From: Candidatus Thorarchaeota archaeon
GTDB taxonomy: Archaea; Asgardarchaeota; Heimdallarchaeia; Hodarchaeales; Hodarchaeaceae
Reading direction: 5' to 3'
DNA length: 32,000 nt
Assembly (NCBI GenBank): GCA_048882505.1
Contig: JBHLRO010000019.1
Coordinates: forward strand, 37,863 to 69,862
Positions 8,165 to 17,739 of this stretch are shown here, one piece after another. Under the pieces are notes generated by a model that had not been told where the DNA came from, made no database searches, and saw nothing but the letters and a program-made list of their open reading frames with translations. The first letter of the stretch is position 1. Each line of letters starts with the position of its first letter. Both the position numbers and the translations under genes were made by a program.

Positions 8165-9271
8165 ATGTCTAAAGTCCTAGTACTGATGATTTCTGGTGTT
8201 TTAAACGAAATTAAGTTACCCCTAAAAACTCAGCATAAAAACCCCTCACTCATGAGTAAATGGACAAAAGAATATCAGAAAGACCCTAAGAGTGAAAGAA
8301 CATTAGAAAAAATAAATGACATTCTTGACCCCATTGAAAGAGAATTGATATCCGAGTTCTCTGAACCTGAGAAACCTGTCACATTTATTTTTGGAGCACC
8401 AAGAAGTGCAACAACTCTATTACATCAGTTGGTGGCTAATTCGGGATATTTTGGTTACATTTCAAATTTTTTGGCACGGTTTTGGAAAGCTCCATATTTT
8501 GGTGCACTTCAAGAACAAGTATTTGGAATTAGAACCTCCCCGCCAGTGACCTTCCAATCGGATTACGGAAGGACTTCAGGTTTGAATGAACCTCATCATT
8601 TTAGCTATTTTTGGCATCGATGGTTTCAATATGATGATAATCATGTGATGCTAAAGGAAACAATTGATAGCATTGATACTAAATATTTTAAAAGAGAAAT
8701 TGCTGCACTAGAAAGTGTTTTCAATCTTCCAATGTTATTTAGAAACTTATATTGCAGCTTACAGATCCCTTTCCTTAGCAAAACGTTGAATAAGGCCAGA
8801 TTCGTAATCTGCTTGCGAAACCCTCTGTATCAAGCACAGTCAATTCTAATAGGAAGAAAATCTGTGTTTGGAAATACTAGTGGATGGTTTTCACTCAAAC
8901 CACCAGAATATTTTGAATTAATACAGAGAAATGATTATGAACAGATCGCAGGCCAAATCTTTTATATTCTAAAAGCGATAGAAACCAGTTTAGAAGGGAT
9001 TAGCAAATCGGACTATACGATAATCCAGCTTGAAAGGCTTGTTGAAAACCCAGTTAAGCAGTTGAAAAAGATCTTAAATTTAATTGGTGAGGATCAAGTT
9101 ACCCCAAATATTAAAGAAAAGATCCCAGGGAGATTTAATAACCGTAATAAGCAAGCAGTTACTAATAAAGAGTGGGAATTTCTTAAGAATTCCGTAAAAA
9201 AGTATTTTGGACAAGAAAATGAAGAAGTTCCTTTCAGGAATCATATACTTTATGATGAGAAACATCCCTGA
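8165..9271 (+). CDS. PAPS-dependent sulfotransferase (Sulfotransfer_3-like)
   Basis: 5'-PSB loop FIFGAPRSATTLLHQL and 3'-PB motif ICLRNP...QAQS. Confidence 0.85.
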   Translation: MSKVLVLMISGVLNEIKLPLKTQHKNPSLMSKWTKEYQKDPKSERTLEKINDILDPIERELISEFSEPEKPVTFIFGAPRSATTLLHQLVANSGYFGYISNFLARFWKAPYFGALQEQVFGIRTSPPVTFQSDYGRTSGLNEPHHFSYFWHRWFQYDDNHVMLKETIDSIDTKYFKREIAALESVFNLPMLFRNLYCSLQIPFLSKTLNKARFVICLRNPLYQAQSILIGRKSVFGNTSGWFSLKPPEYFELIQRNDYEQIAGQIFYILKAIETSLEGISKSDYTIIQLERLVENPVKQLKKILNLIGEDQVTPNIKEKIPGRFNNRNKQAVTNKEWEFLKNSVKKYFGQENEEVPFRNHILYDEKHP

Positions 9272-9351
9272 ATATTCAACCCCTAAATACCACCAAATGC
9301 ATTATACGGGTCAATAGGACTAATTACAAACATCAACAGAGGGACATCACA

Positions 9352-10134
9352 TTGATTGACAATAGCTTCGCATCTACTGTTAAAGGTTCTATTATTGCGA
9401 TCCATCAACCAAATTATTTCCCCTGGCTAGGGTATTTCAATAAAATATTCTGTAGCGATGTTTTTGTTTTTCATGATAATGTAAAGTTCACCAAACGTGG
9501 TTTTACAAAACGAACTCTCATTAGAGCACCGATTTCTACTGAGAAGAAATATTTGACAGTTCCATTGGAGAAACACAGTGATTTTTCACTAATAAAGGAT
9601 TTAAAAGTCGATAATACAAAGAATTGGCAATCAAAGCATTTAAATCAAATCAGGGGTACCTATCATAAATCTCCTTACTTCAAGGAATATTTTTCTGAAA
9701 TTTCAGATTTAATCCAAGGTTTTTGCGATGTAGAATTATTGATTGATGTCAATGTGAATTCAATTAGGGAACTGATGGAAATGTTATCCATAAAGGTCCC
9801 TACGCCAATATCAAGTAAGCTTCCAGTGAAAGGAAAGAAATCCGAATATAATATCAATCTCGTAAAGCTTTTCCAGGGAACAATTTACCTGAGTGGAACA
9901 GGAGCACGAAAATACCAAGCAGAGGCTGAATTTGCAAATGCAGGGATCGAATTGATATATCAAGAGGTATTCGATTTCATCGAGAAAAACCCGTATTATC
10001 AAGCACAAGGAAAATTCATCAATGGCTTGTCAGTATTGGATGCACTGTTCAATATAGGGGTAGATGGAATCATTAAAATCTTTGAAGAATATCGAAAATC
10101 GCTCTTCACATCGTTAAACACCGAAAACAGATAA
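9352..10134 (+). CDS. wbqC: WbqC family protein (putative glycyl transferase)
   Basis: IAIHQPNYFPWLGYFNKI..SDVFVFHD, LTVP, YHKSPYF, YLSG.GA..Y, LSVLDALFN.G. Confidence 0.92.
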   Translation: MIDNSFASTVKGSIIAIHQPNYFPWLGYFNKIFCSDVFVFHDNVKFTKRGFTKRTLIRAPISTEKKYLTVPLEKHSDFSLIKDLKVDNTKNWQSKHLNQIRGTYHKSPYFKEYFSEISDLIQGFCDVELLIDVNVNSIRELMEMLSIKVPTPISSKLPVKGKKSEYNINLVKLFQGTIYLSGTGARKYQAEAEFANAGIELIYQEVFDFIEKNPYYQAQGKFINGLSVLDALFNIGVDGIIKIFEEYRKSLFTSLNTENR

Positions 10135-10196
10135 TCTGAAAGATAGAACAAGAGGTTTTGGCAGAAATTAGAGTAATAAGCAGGTAGATCCCCAAT

Positions 10197-11033
10197 ATGT
10201 ACGCGATTTTGATGTGTGCTCGTAATGAAGGAGGTATCATTGCCAAAACATTGGATAATATCCTCAATCAGACTTTGAAACCGGACCATATTGTAGTAGT
10301 TGATGATGGTTCCAGTGACAATACTCCAGATATTCTGGAGCAATACAAGGAAAATTATGATGTCGTTGTACTAAGAAGGAAAGACAGAGGGTATTCAGCT
10401 GTATCCTCGTATGATATGGCAAACGTATACAACTTGGGATTGCGATTTCTGAAATCGAAGAAATGGGAACATCTTTTTATTGTCCCTGCTGATATGAAAC
10501 TGCCTGAAAGCTACGCTGAAAGGCTGATTAACAATATGAAAGGATATGGGGTTGCGAGCGGAGTTCCTGACAGGCCCGAATTATTAAATAATTTTAATTC
10601 TGATTTTCCAATCGGAGGAGGACGGATGATTAAAAGAGATGTCTTTGATTATCTGAGTGGAGTCTATCCAGTTAATTATGATTACGAAAGTTCTGTAATT
10701 CATTGCGCACGATTCTTAGGATATTCAGTTGGCCATTTTAAAGATATCACTTACTCCCTTGATCGTATTCAGGGTAAGGGGCATCCAACCAAATATATAG
10801 AATGGGGTAGGGCCATGAAAGATGCCAATTATCACCCGTTATATACGCTGGGTCGAGCCCTTAAGGAAATAATTGTCAAACATAGATTGAAGAGGGGACT
10901 TCAATTTCTTATTGGTTTCCTTGCTCAACCCTCTTCTGACTATCCGGATTATTCAATTTATTTGTATGGTCATCAAAAAAATCAGGTAATTCTAGCCATT
11001 AAAAGATTGCTAATTAAAGCCGGTTTATACTAA
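10197..11033 (+). CDS. GT2-family (GT-A) glycosyltransferase
   Basis: ARNE, VVVDDGSSDNT, DXD-like PADM. The stop overlaps the next start (TAATG). Confidence 0.88.
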   Translation: MYAILMCARNEGGIIAKTLDNILNQTLKPDHIVVVDDGSSDNTPDILEQYKENYDVVVLRRKDRGYSAVSSYDMANVYNLGLRFLKSKKWEHLFIVPADMKLPESYAERLINNMKGYGVASGVPDRPELLNNFNSDFPIGGGRMIKRDVFDYLSGVYPVNYDYESSVIHCARFLGYSVGHFKDITYSLDRIQGKGHPTKYIEWGRAMKDANYHPLYTLGRALKEIIVKHRLKRGLQFLIGFLAQPSSDYPDYSIYLYGHQKNQVILAIKRLLIKAGLY

Positions 11034-11677
11034 TGTCTCTAAATTTGATCACAGATTCGGAAACGAAAGTTTTGTTCGTGTCGGCCCATCCAGATGATGT
11101 AGAGTTGGGTGCAGGGGCGACAGTGGCCAAATGTGTACGGTTAGGAGCGACGGTTTATTATGTTGCTTTAACAAATATCGAGGATAATGTCGTTATTATT
11201 GATGAAATGAAAAGATCAATTGAAATTCTCGGGATACCCAATAGAAACTGTATACACTTTAGCTATACAAACACGGGTTTTGATAAAGAAAGACATGAGA
11301 TTTTACATGAACTTGAACGTGTCAGAGACAAATTCAAGCCAAATATCGTCTTTACTCCTTCCTCCCACGATTTGCACCAAGATCATTATACAGCAGCAAT
11401 TGAAACGCTGAGGGCGTTCAAATGGTCTGCCGAAATACTCTTAGGTTACAATCTCTCTTGGAACATTATTGTGGAACCCTTCAATCCTAAACTATACGTC
11501 GAGGTCACGAAGGAGGACGCATCAAAGAGAATAAGTGCTCTACGCTGTTATGAAAGTCAGAATCATCGATACTATATGAAGGAACAAGCGAATGATGCGT
11601 TTTTACGCTATTATGGTCTAAAAGCCGGTTTTGAATTTGCTGAAGCCTTTGAAATCTATAAGATGGTTTGGAAGTAA
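11033..11677 (+). CDS. PIG-L/LmbE family N-acetylsugar deacetylase
   Basis: Zn-binding AHPDD and DLHQDH, LRCYESQ, C-terminal AEAF. Confidence 0.92.
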   Translation: MSLNLITDSETKVLFVSAHPDDVELGAGATVAKCVRLGATVYYVALTNIEDNVVIIDEMKRSIEILGIPNRNCIHFSYTNTGFDKERHEILHELERVRDKFKPNIVFTPSSHDLHQDHYTAAIETLRAFKWSAEILLGYNLSWNIIVEPFNPKLYVEVTKEDASKRISALRCYESQNHRYYMKEQANDAFLRYYGLKAGFEFAEAFEIYKMVWK

Positions 11678-11886
11678 GTAATTTCAGTACAGTATTCTCT
11701 TAGAGCGAATTGTAAATTGTGTGTGGGATCTCCTTTCATGCCATAAGCACCTTATTTTCCATTTCTTCTGAAATCTTGACATTTTCAAGTAAGCTCCACC
11801 TAAAATAAAAATGCGTTAATAAAAGCTCCTTTCTCCTTTACATGCAAATATCCAGATAGTAAACCAAAGAAACATGGTGATTATCA

Positions 11887-12999
11887 ATGAATAAAAGGTA
11901 TGCACTAGTTACGGGTACCAGGCCACAGATAATTAAGTCAGTTCCTATTTTAAAAGCTACAAAACAAACGGCTGATATCGAGTTAATTCATATTTTCACA
12001 GGACAACATAAAGACGCAAATTTGGTAGATGTTTTCTTCAAAGGCCTTGTAGTTGACCCTCCTGACTATAACCTAGATGTAAGCTATGGGAGTACAGACT
12101 ATCATATTAGCACGATTATCCAAAGGATTACGCCCATTTTAAAGAGATCAGAATTTGAAGGGGTATTAGTACCCGGAGACACAAACTCTGCTTTGGCCGC
12201 GGGCCTCTCCGCGATGTTCCTGTATATCCCTGTGCTCCATGTCGAATCTGGATTAAGAAGTTACGATTTTCGAATGCCAGAGGAACTTAATCGTCGTTTA
12301 ATTGATCATGGATCCTCCTCTCTCTTTTCTCCAACTGAAACCGCAGTTAATAATTTGAAAAAGGAAAATATTCTCGGAAAAATTATTATTTCAGGAGACA
12401 CAATGTATGACCTCCTCCTTTCTGAAAAAAAGCAGATTTTTGATTCAACTCTTTTTGATAAGTCTGCAAATACATTCGGAATTAACAAAAACTCATTTTC
12501 TGTCCTTACAATGCATAGAAGAGAAAATTTGAACAATCCCATGCGTTTACACAATATTTTCGAAGCAATTGGTGCTATGAAGTTCACGACTGTCTTTCCT
12601 ATGCATCCTCACACACGCAAAGTCATAGTTTCGGCCAACATTGCAATTCCCTCGAATATTAAGTTAATTGAGCCTCTACCCTACCATGAATTCCTCAATT
12701 TGGTCGCCCATTCAAATTTGGTTCTTACAGACTCAGGAGGACTTCAAAAGGAGGCATATTTACTTAACGTTCCGTGTGTAACGCTCAGAACTTCCTCAGA
12801 ATGGGTTGAAACGTTAGAACAACGAGCCAATGTACTTGTAGGAACTAATTCACAGCTAATACGAAAAGCAATTGACGAAATGTATAATAAGAAGATAAAA
12901 ACGGACAGTTCTGTATATGGAGACGGAAATGCTGCAAGTAAAATTGTCACTGAACTATTAGAATTCCAGCCACAGATCCCCACTGTCCCAGAAATCTAG
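11887..12999 (+). CDS. wecB: UDP-N-acetylglucosamine 2-epimerase (non-hydrolysing)
   Basis: GTRPQIIK, TGQH, VPGDTNS, HVESGLRS, MPEELNR, TMHRREN, TDSGGLQKEAY. GGTGA RBS upstream. Confidence 0.95.
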   Translation: MNKRYALVTGTRPQIIKSVPILKATKQTADIELIHIFTGQHKDANLVDVFFKGLVVDPPDYNLDVSYGSTDYHISTIIQRITPILKRSEFEGVLVPGDTNSALAAGLSAMFLYIPVLHVESGLRSYDFRMPEELNRRLIDHGSSSLFSPTETAVNNLKKENILGKIIISGDTMYDLLLSEKKQIFDSTLFDKSANTFGINKNSFSVLTMHRRENLNNPMRLHNIFEAIGAMKFTTVFPMHPHTRKVIVSANIAIPSNIKLIEPLPYHEFLNLVAHSNLVLTDSGGLQKEAYLLNVPCVTLRTSSEWVETLEQRANVLVGTNSQLIRKAIDEMYNKKIKTDSSVYGDGNAASKIVTELLEFQPQIPTVPEI

Positions 13000-13058
13000 T
13001 CTCACAATTATTATTATTATAGGGGAATTAAGCCGGAAAACTCCGATAGGAAATTGTT

Positions 13059-14153
13059 TTAGTGTGAGAAAGCGTCTTCGTAAGCTTCTTTAAGCGTTCC
13101 GAGATAATTATCAGCAATAAGAGACTCCGCTGCTATACTTCGAAGTTCATTTGCATCTGGGATAGAATGGTTGTGTAAAATTTCAAGAAATTCAGGTGTT
13201 GATGAAAATCGTGGAACATCCACTTCGAAAGGTACACTTTTAGGTAAGATAGGTAGTGCACCCGCGTGTATATAAATATAAATCTTGTTAGGACTAATAT
13301 ATTCGTGGAAGTGATGAGGTAGATAGGCAAGCGCTCCAAAATGAGCCATGCTTGCATGATGGTAAAGTGAGATGTGGGGAATAGTGCCAAGAGACGTAAT
13401 AACGTCATCTGATTGAATATTGCTATCCCCTATCAGTATCAGTTTTGCAGGTTTTTGTTTTGTCCACTCCTCAAGTATTGTGCCTGTATTTCTGCATGGA
13501 ACGTTTTTAACTGTAAAATCAGAGCCAATATACACAACTGTTTTTTGTTTTCGTCGTTCTACTAGATTAATAGCGGAACATTCTTTTAATGTCGGCATGT
13601 TAGGAATATAACTCACAAACGATGGATTATAATTTTCTTCGTGAGCTTCTGCGATTTTTTTTGATACCGTTAATACAGTACGATTATGTACGAATTTTTT
13701 TTCCCATTTTTGATATATCCACGACCTATATCTAGTTCTAATTGCTCGAAACCAGTTTAATGATGAAAAAAATGCACTACTAATTATTTGCATGGATTTT
13801 GACCAATATTCGTGATCGTTATAGACAATTGGAGTCACGGACTTTGTTTTAGTAAGAAATCGATTAATAAAATTCAAAAAGTAGATGTTGTGAGCATGAA
13901 TCACATCTGGGTCAAATTCGATTATTGTTTTTTCAATCATATCGAAATACTTTTGCTTGATTATACCCCAACGGAACTGACGACCAATTTCAATATTAAA
14001 ATATTTCATAGAATGAGGTAACTCAAGAGCTGATTGTAACGGATCCGATATATCCCCGAAAAATGCATTTGAGTGGCCTAACATCGAATCCAATTGAATA
14101 AATCTCTCGACTCTTACATCAGGAAGCTTGTCGCTCAAATGAAGAATTCGCAT
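13059..14153 (-). CDS. Divergent GT4-like (GT-B) glycosyltransferase
   Basis: MRILHLS, D.RV, FDPDVIHAHN, YNDHEYW, IPNMP, VVYIG, SPNKIYIYIHAGALP (degenerate PNKxxEY..AG.P). Confidence 0.75.
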   Translation of the reverse strand: MRILHLSDKLPDVRVERFIQLDSMLGHSNAFFGDISDPLQSALELPHSMKYFNIEIGRQFRWGIIKQKYFDMIEKTIIEFDPDVIHAHNIYFLNFINRFLTKTKSVTPIVYNDHEYWSKSMQIISSAFFSSLNWFRAIRTRYRSWIYQKWEKKFVHNRTVLTVSKKIAEAHEENYNPSFVSYIPNMPTLKECSAINLVERRKQKTVVYIGSDFTVKNVPCRNTGTILEEWTKQKPAKLILIGDSNIQSDDVITSLGTIPHISLYHHASMAHFGALAYLPHHFHEYISPNKIYIYIHAGALPILPKSVPFEVDVPRFSSTPEFLEILHNHSIPDANELRSIAAESLIADNYLGTLKEAYEDAFSH

Positions 14154-14261
14154 GTTGGTTCACAAGAAATTAATGGTGTTAAAGACAGCAATTGTTTTGT
14201 AGCTATGAGTCATTTGAAATTTCTTAAGGATTTTAAATCCTCGTAGTCGGATGATGTACTT

Positions 14262-16160
14262 ATGTGTGGAATCCTCGGAGTATATTTCACGGATGAGTCA
14301 AAAAAAGAAGACAGGCTGAACTGGGTAAAAGATGTAATTGGCAAAATGGCTCATCGGGGGCCAGATGCCGAAAAAGTGGAAGCTTTTGACCACTGTGTAT
14401 TAGGCCATAGACGGTTGGCAATTATCGACTTATCAGATGCAGGCATTCAGCCAATGAAGTCGTTAGATAAACGATTTACGATAGTATATAATGGAGAAAT
14501 TTATAATTATATTGAGCTACGCGAAGAATTACAATCAATGGGACTGGAATTTACAACGGAGACTGACACAGAAGTTCTATTATCTGCATTTTCAATTCTC
14601 GGTTTTCAGGTGTTTTCCAAGTTAAATGGTCAATTTACGTTTTTGATCTGGGATAATAAAGAAAAAACGATGATTATCGCTCGGGATAGGTTTGGCATTA
14701 AACCTCTGTATTATTCACAAATCGATGGAGATTTCGTTTTCTCATCAGAAATGAGGCCAATCATCTCTTTAATGCAGAACAAGGATCTTCAGCCAAATCC
14801 GAAAGTGATATACGATTATTTGATGTTTTCAAATATTGACCACACTAATGAAACGTTCTTTAATGGGATTTTTCGTGTACCTGCTGGTCATTATTGCACA
14901 CTCAGCGGAGGAAAACCAATTTTTAATCGATATTGGGATTTAAAAAGGGATATCTCAGAATTACAGTCTTCCAAAGAATTTAAGCAAAAGAATCTGAAGG
15001 ATCACATTTTCCAAGTGAAAAGATACTTTACGAGAGCAGTCGAGCTTAGATTACGGAGTGATGTCCGTGTCGGTTCTTGTTTAAGCGGGGGAATCGACTC
15101 ATCGTCAGTTGTATCTATTGTTAATGAAATCATACAAGAAAAAGAAAGACAGAATTTTGAAACATTCTCGTTAATATATGGTGATTGGTTTAAATTGGAT
15201 GAAAAACGGTTTATCGATATTGTAAATACGAAAACTGGATTCCAACCCAATTTTATTACACCAACCTTTGAAAAATTAAATAACCAATTTAAAGACTTCT
15301 TGTTATATCAAGAAGAACCTATCGAAGGTTTTTCTCCTTTTGGCCAATTCTGTGTTATGGAATTAGCCAGAAATAATGGTACAACCGTATTGTTGGACGG
15401 ACAGGGAGCTGATGAAATACTAGCTGGATATGAATTTTATAAAGGATATTTCTTGGTTAGTTTATTGAGACGCTTTAAATTTCTGAAGCTAGTAAAAGAG
15501 ATGGTTAAGGCCAGAAAAAACAAATCAATAATGAAAATCTTTCTGTCCCATTTTATCCCATCGTTCTTATTACGGAAAATCCAGCAAAGAGATCAAAAAT
15601 TTCTTGGATTTCTCAATAAAGAATTTTCCTCGAATTTCCCTATTAGTGAATCACCAGCATTTCAAAAAAGAACTAGAATGAGAAGAGGCAACTTTAATGT
15701 CCTCCTCATAGATTATCTGGAGGAAAGCTTCCAACATCTTTTACGTTATGAAGATCGCAATTCCATGCGATTTTCGATTGAAAGTAGAGTTCCGTTTTTG
15801 GACCATCATTTGGTGACTTATATTCTAGCGTTGCCACCCGATTTTCTCATTAAAGATGGAATCTCTAAATGGGTTTTCAGAGAAGCTATGAGAACCATTA
15901 CTCCTGAAACTATCCTACAGAGGCGGGACAAAATTGGATTTGCCTCACCAGATAAACAATGGCTAATGGAAGACAATTTGGTGTTATATTCTGATTTAAA
16001 GCACCCTCATGAGTTTTTACATGATTTTGTTGATTATGAAGCAATCATAAATTTATATGAACGAAAAAATCTTAATAGAGTCACGAATAAGGACTTGGGA
16101 TTTCTTTTTAGAGTTATGTGCCTCAATGCGTGGTTGAACCTTTATTTTGATGGAGGCTAA
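14262..16160 (+). CDS. asnB: Asparagine synthase (glutamine-hydrolysing)-family amidotransferase, probably glycan-modifying
   Basis: N-terminal MCGI, HRGPD, GHRRLAIID, NGEIYN, RDRFGIKPLYY, LSGGIDSS, DGQGADE..AGY, ESRVPFLDH. Confidence 0.95.
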   Translation: MCGILGVYFTDESKKEDRLNWVKDVIGKMAHRGPDAEKVEAFDHCVLGHRRLAIIDLSDAGIQPMKSLDKRFTIVYNGEIYNYIELREELQSMGLEFTTETDTEVLLSAFSILGFQVFSKLNGQFTFLIWDNKEKTMIIARDRFGIKPLYYSQIDGDFVFSSEMRPIISLMQNKDLQPNPKVIYDYLMFSNIDHTNETFFNGIFRVPAGHYCTLSGGKPIFNRYWDLKRDISELQSSKEFKQKNLKDHIFQVKRYFTRAVELRLRSDVRVGSCLSGGIDSSSVVSIVNEIIQEKERQNFETFSLIYGDWFKLDEKRFIDIVNTKTGFQPNFITPTFEKLNNQFKDFLLYQEEPIEGFSPFGQFCVMELARNNGTTVLLDGQGADEILAGYEFYKGYFLVSLLRRFKFLKLVKEMVKARKNKSIMKIFLSHFIPSFLLRKIQQRDQKFLGFLNKEFSSNFPISESPAFQKRTRMRRGNFNVLLIDYLEESFQHLLRYEDRNSMRFSIESRVPFLDHHLVTYILALPPDFLIKDGISKWVFREAMRTITPETILQRRDKIGFASPDKQWLMEDNLVLYSDLKHPHEFLHDFVDYEAIINLYERKNLNRVTNKDLGFLFRVMCLNAWLNLYFDGG

Positions 16161-16403
16161 TCCAAAAAAGTTCTCCTGTTATGGTAATGAATATCAACCT
16201 GTCGTATCCGTGCCTGGGCCCGACGGAAGCGATTCTCCAACTTCTGCCTTCGCGGATTTATTTGGTTAACTAATTAATCACGATAGAAGTTAAAAAAATT
16301 TGAATTAATGCTTTCAATGCTGTTCTCAGGTAAGTTATTCTTGATCTGGACTTAACAAAATGAATAACACAAGCAATTTACGGAATAACCAAGGCGGAAT
16401 GAT

Positions 16404-17603
16404 TTGATGCCAGGATTAAAGGATCGTAAGTTATTGGTCGCAGCTCCTTCATTTCCAAATTCAGATAATAGCTCCGTCACTGGTATTTTTATAAAAAACC
16501 AAGTTGAAGGTGTCTGTAATTATCTTTCAGATGTAACGGTTATTGTTCCAGTGTCACGCAGGTGGGGTTTGTTCGACAGAGACCCGTCAAGAACTGATTA
16601 TTCCTTCAATGATGTTAGGGTTATTTTTCCCAAAACATATTTTATACCTAGAGGTGGTTTGAAACGCTTTGCAATCGATAAGTTCCAATTGGGGATAAGA
16701 AAAGCTATCTCCAAGCATAATGTTGAATTTGACCTCATGCACTCGCATTATGGAATAATGGGACGATCCTGTTTTCCAATATCTCAAGAACATAAAATAC
16801 CGCTTATTACCTCTTTTTATGGGTATGATGCTTACATAAATGCCTATGATTTAGAATATTACCGAGACTTGTTTGAGAATACGACTCTAGTTCTTGCTTT
16901 AAGCGATCACATGTCGAATCGTCTTAAAAAATTAGGATGCCCTGATCAGAAAATAAGAAAATTACATGTAGGTGTGGATACAGGGTATTTTCAACCAAAG
17001 GAACAGCATTCAGAGTTGGGTGATGACGGAGTCCTAAGAATTTTGCTTGTAGCATTCTTTGACGAAAGAAAAGGAATATTGGACGCAATAAACGCTTTTG
17101 CAAAAGTTCAGAAGGATATTAAATACATACATTTCGATATTGTGGGGAGAGGCAAGCTTAAAAATCAGATTGAAAGTTTAATAATTTCCTTGGACCTCCA
17201 AGATAAAATAACGATAACTAATAACATATCGACTCCAAACCCAATAGGGACTGTGCTGGACTTTATGCAAAATTGTGATATATTTATACTACCGAGTTTC
17301 ACATCTCCCAATGGCGATTCTGAAGGAACACCAGTTGTATTAATGGAAGCATCCGCTTGCGGTAAACCTTGTATAACTACTTTCCACTCGGGAAATCCTG
17401 AAGTTGTATTGAATGATGAAACAGGATTGGTGGTTCCCGAAAGAAATATTCAGGAATTGGAAAAAGCCCTAAGAAAAATGATAATTAACGAGGAATTACG
17501 GAAGCGCCTTGGGAACAATGCAAGAAAGCGAATTCTTGCTGAATTCAATACCTCGATTCAATCCAGAAAATTGGCCGAAATCTACGAAGATGTTTTGGAG
17601 TAA
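16404..17603 (+). CDS. GT4-family glycosyltransferase (WcaL-like)
   Basis: HSHY, FYGYD, LHVGVD, RKGI..AI.AF, DIFILPS, DSEGTPVVLMEASACGKPCITTFHSGNPE. Confidence 0.92.
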   Translation: MMPGLKDRKLLVAAPSFPNSDNSSVTGIFIKNQVEGVCNYLSDVTVIVPVSRRWGLFDRDPSRTDYSFNDVRVIFPKTYFIPRGGLKRFAIDKFQLGIRKAISKHNVEFDLMHSHYGIMGRSCFPISQEHKIPLITSFYGYDAYINAYDLEYYRDLFENTTLVLALSDHMSNRLKKLGCPDQKIRKLHVGVDTGYFQPKEQHSELGDDGVLRILLVAFFDERKGILDAINAFAKVQKDIKYIHFDIVGRGKLKNQIESLIISLDLQDKITITNNISTPNPIGTVLDFMQNCDIFILPSFTSPNGDSEGTPVVLMEASACGKPCITTFHSGNPEVVLNDETGLVVPERNIQELEKALRKMIINEELRKRLGNNARKRILAEFNTSIQSRKLAEIYEDVLE

Positions 17604-17739
17604 AGGGTTGATTTATGTAATTTACAAAAAATCCGCCAAAAGGCCATTATTTGGCGGTGATCACGATAAATATGAAAAAAGCAATTAGAATTCGAATCAT
17701 AAGGAAGAAAATTTTCAAATTGAGTTGAGAAGAGACATT

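Noticed and set aside
13007-13020. (ATT)n microsatellite between convergent wecB and glycosyltransferase genes
   Set aside because: Short, intergenic and expected in AT-rich DNA; not within a CDS or promoter, so no phase-variation case.
16198-16256. GC-rich intergenic patch after asnB, considered as a tRNA or ncRNA
   Set aside because: No cloverleaf, T-loop or D-loop motifs; only a weak GTCG/CGAC pairing.
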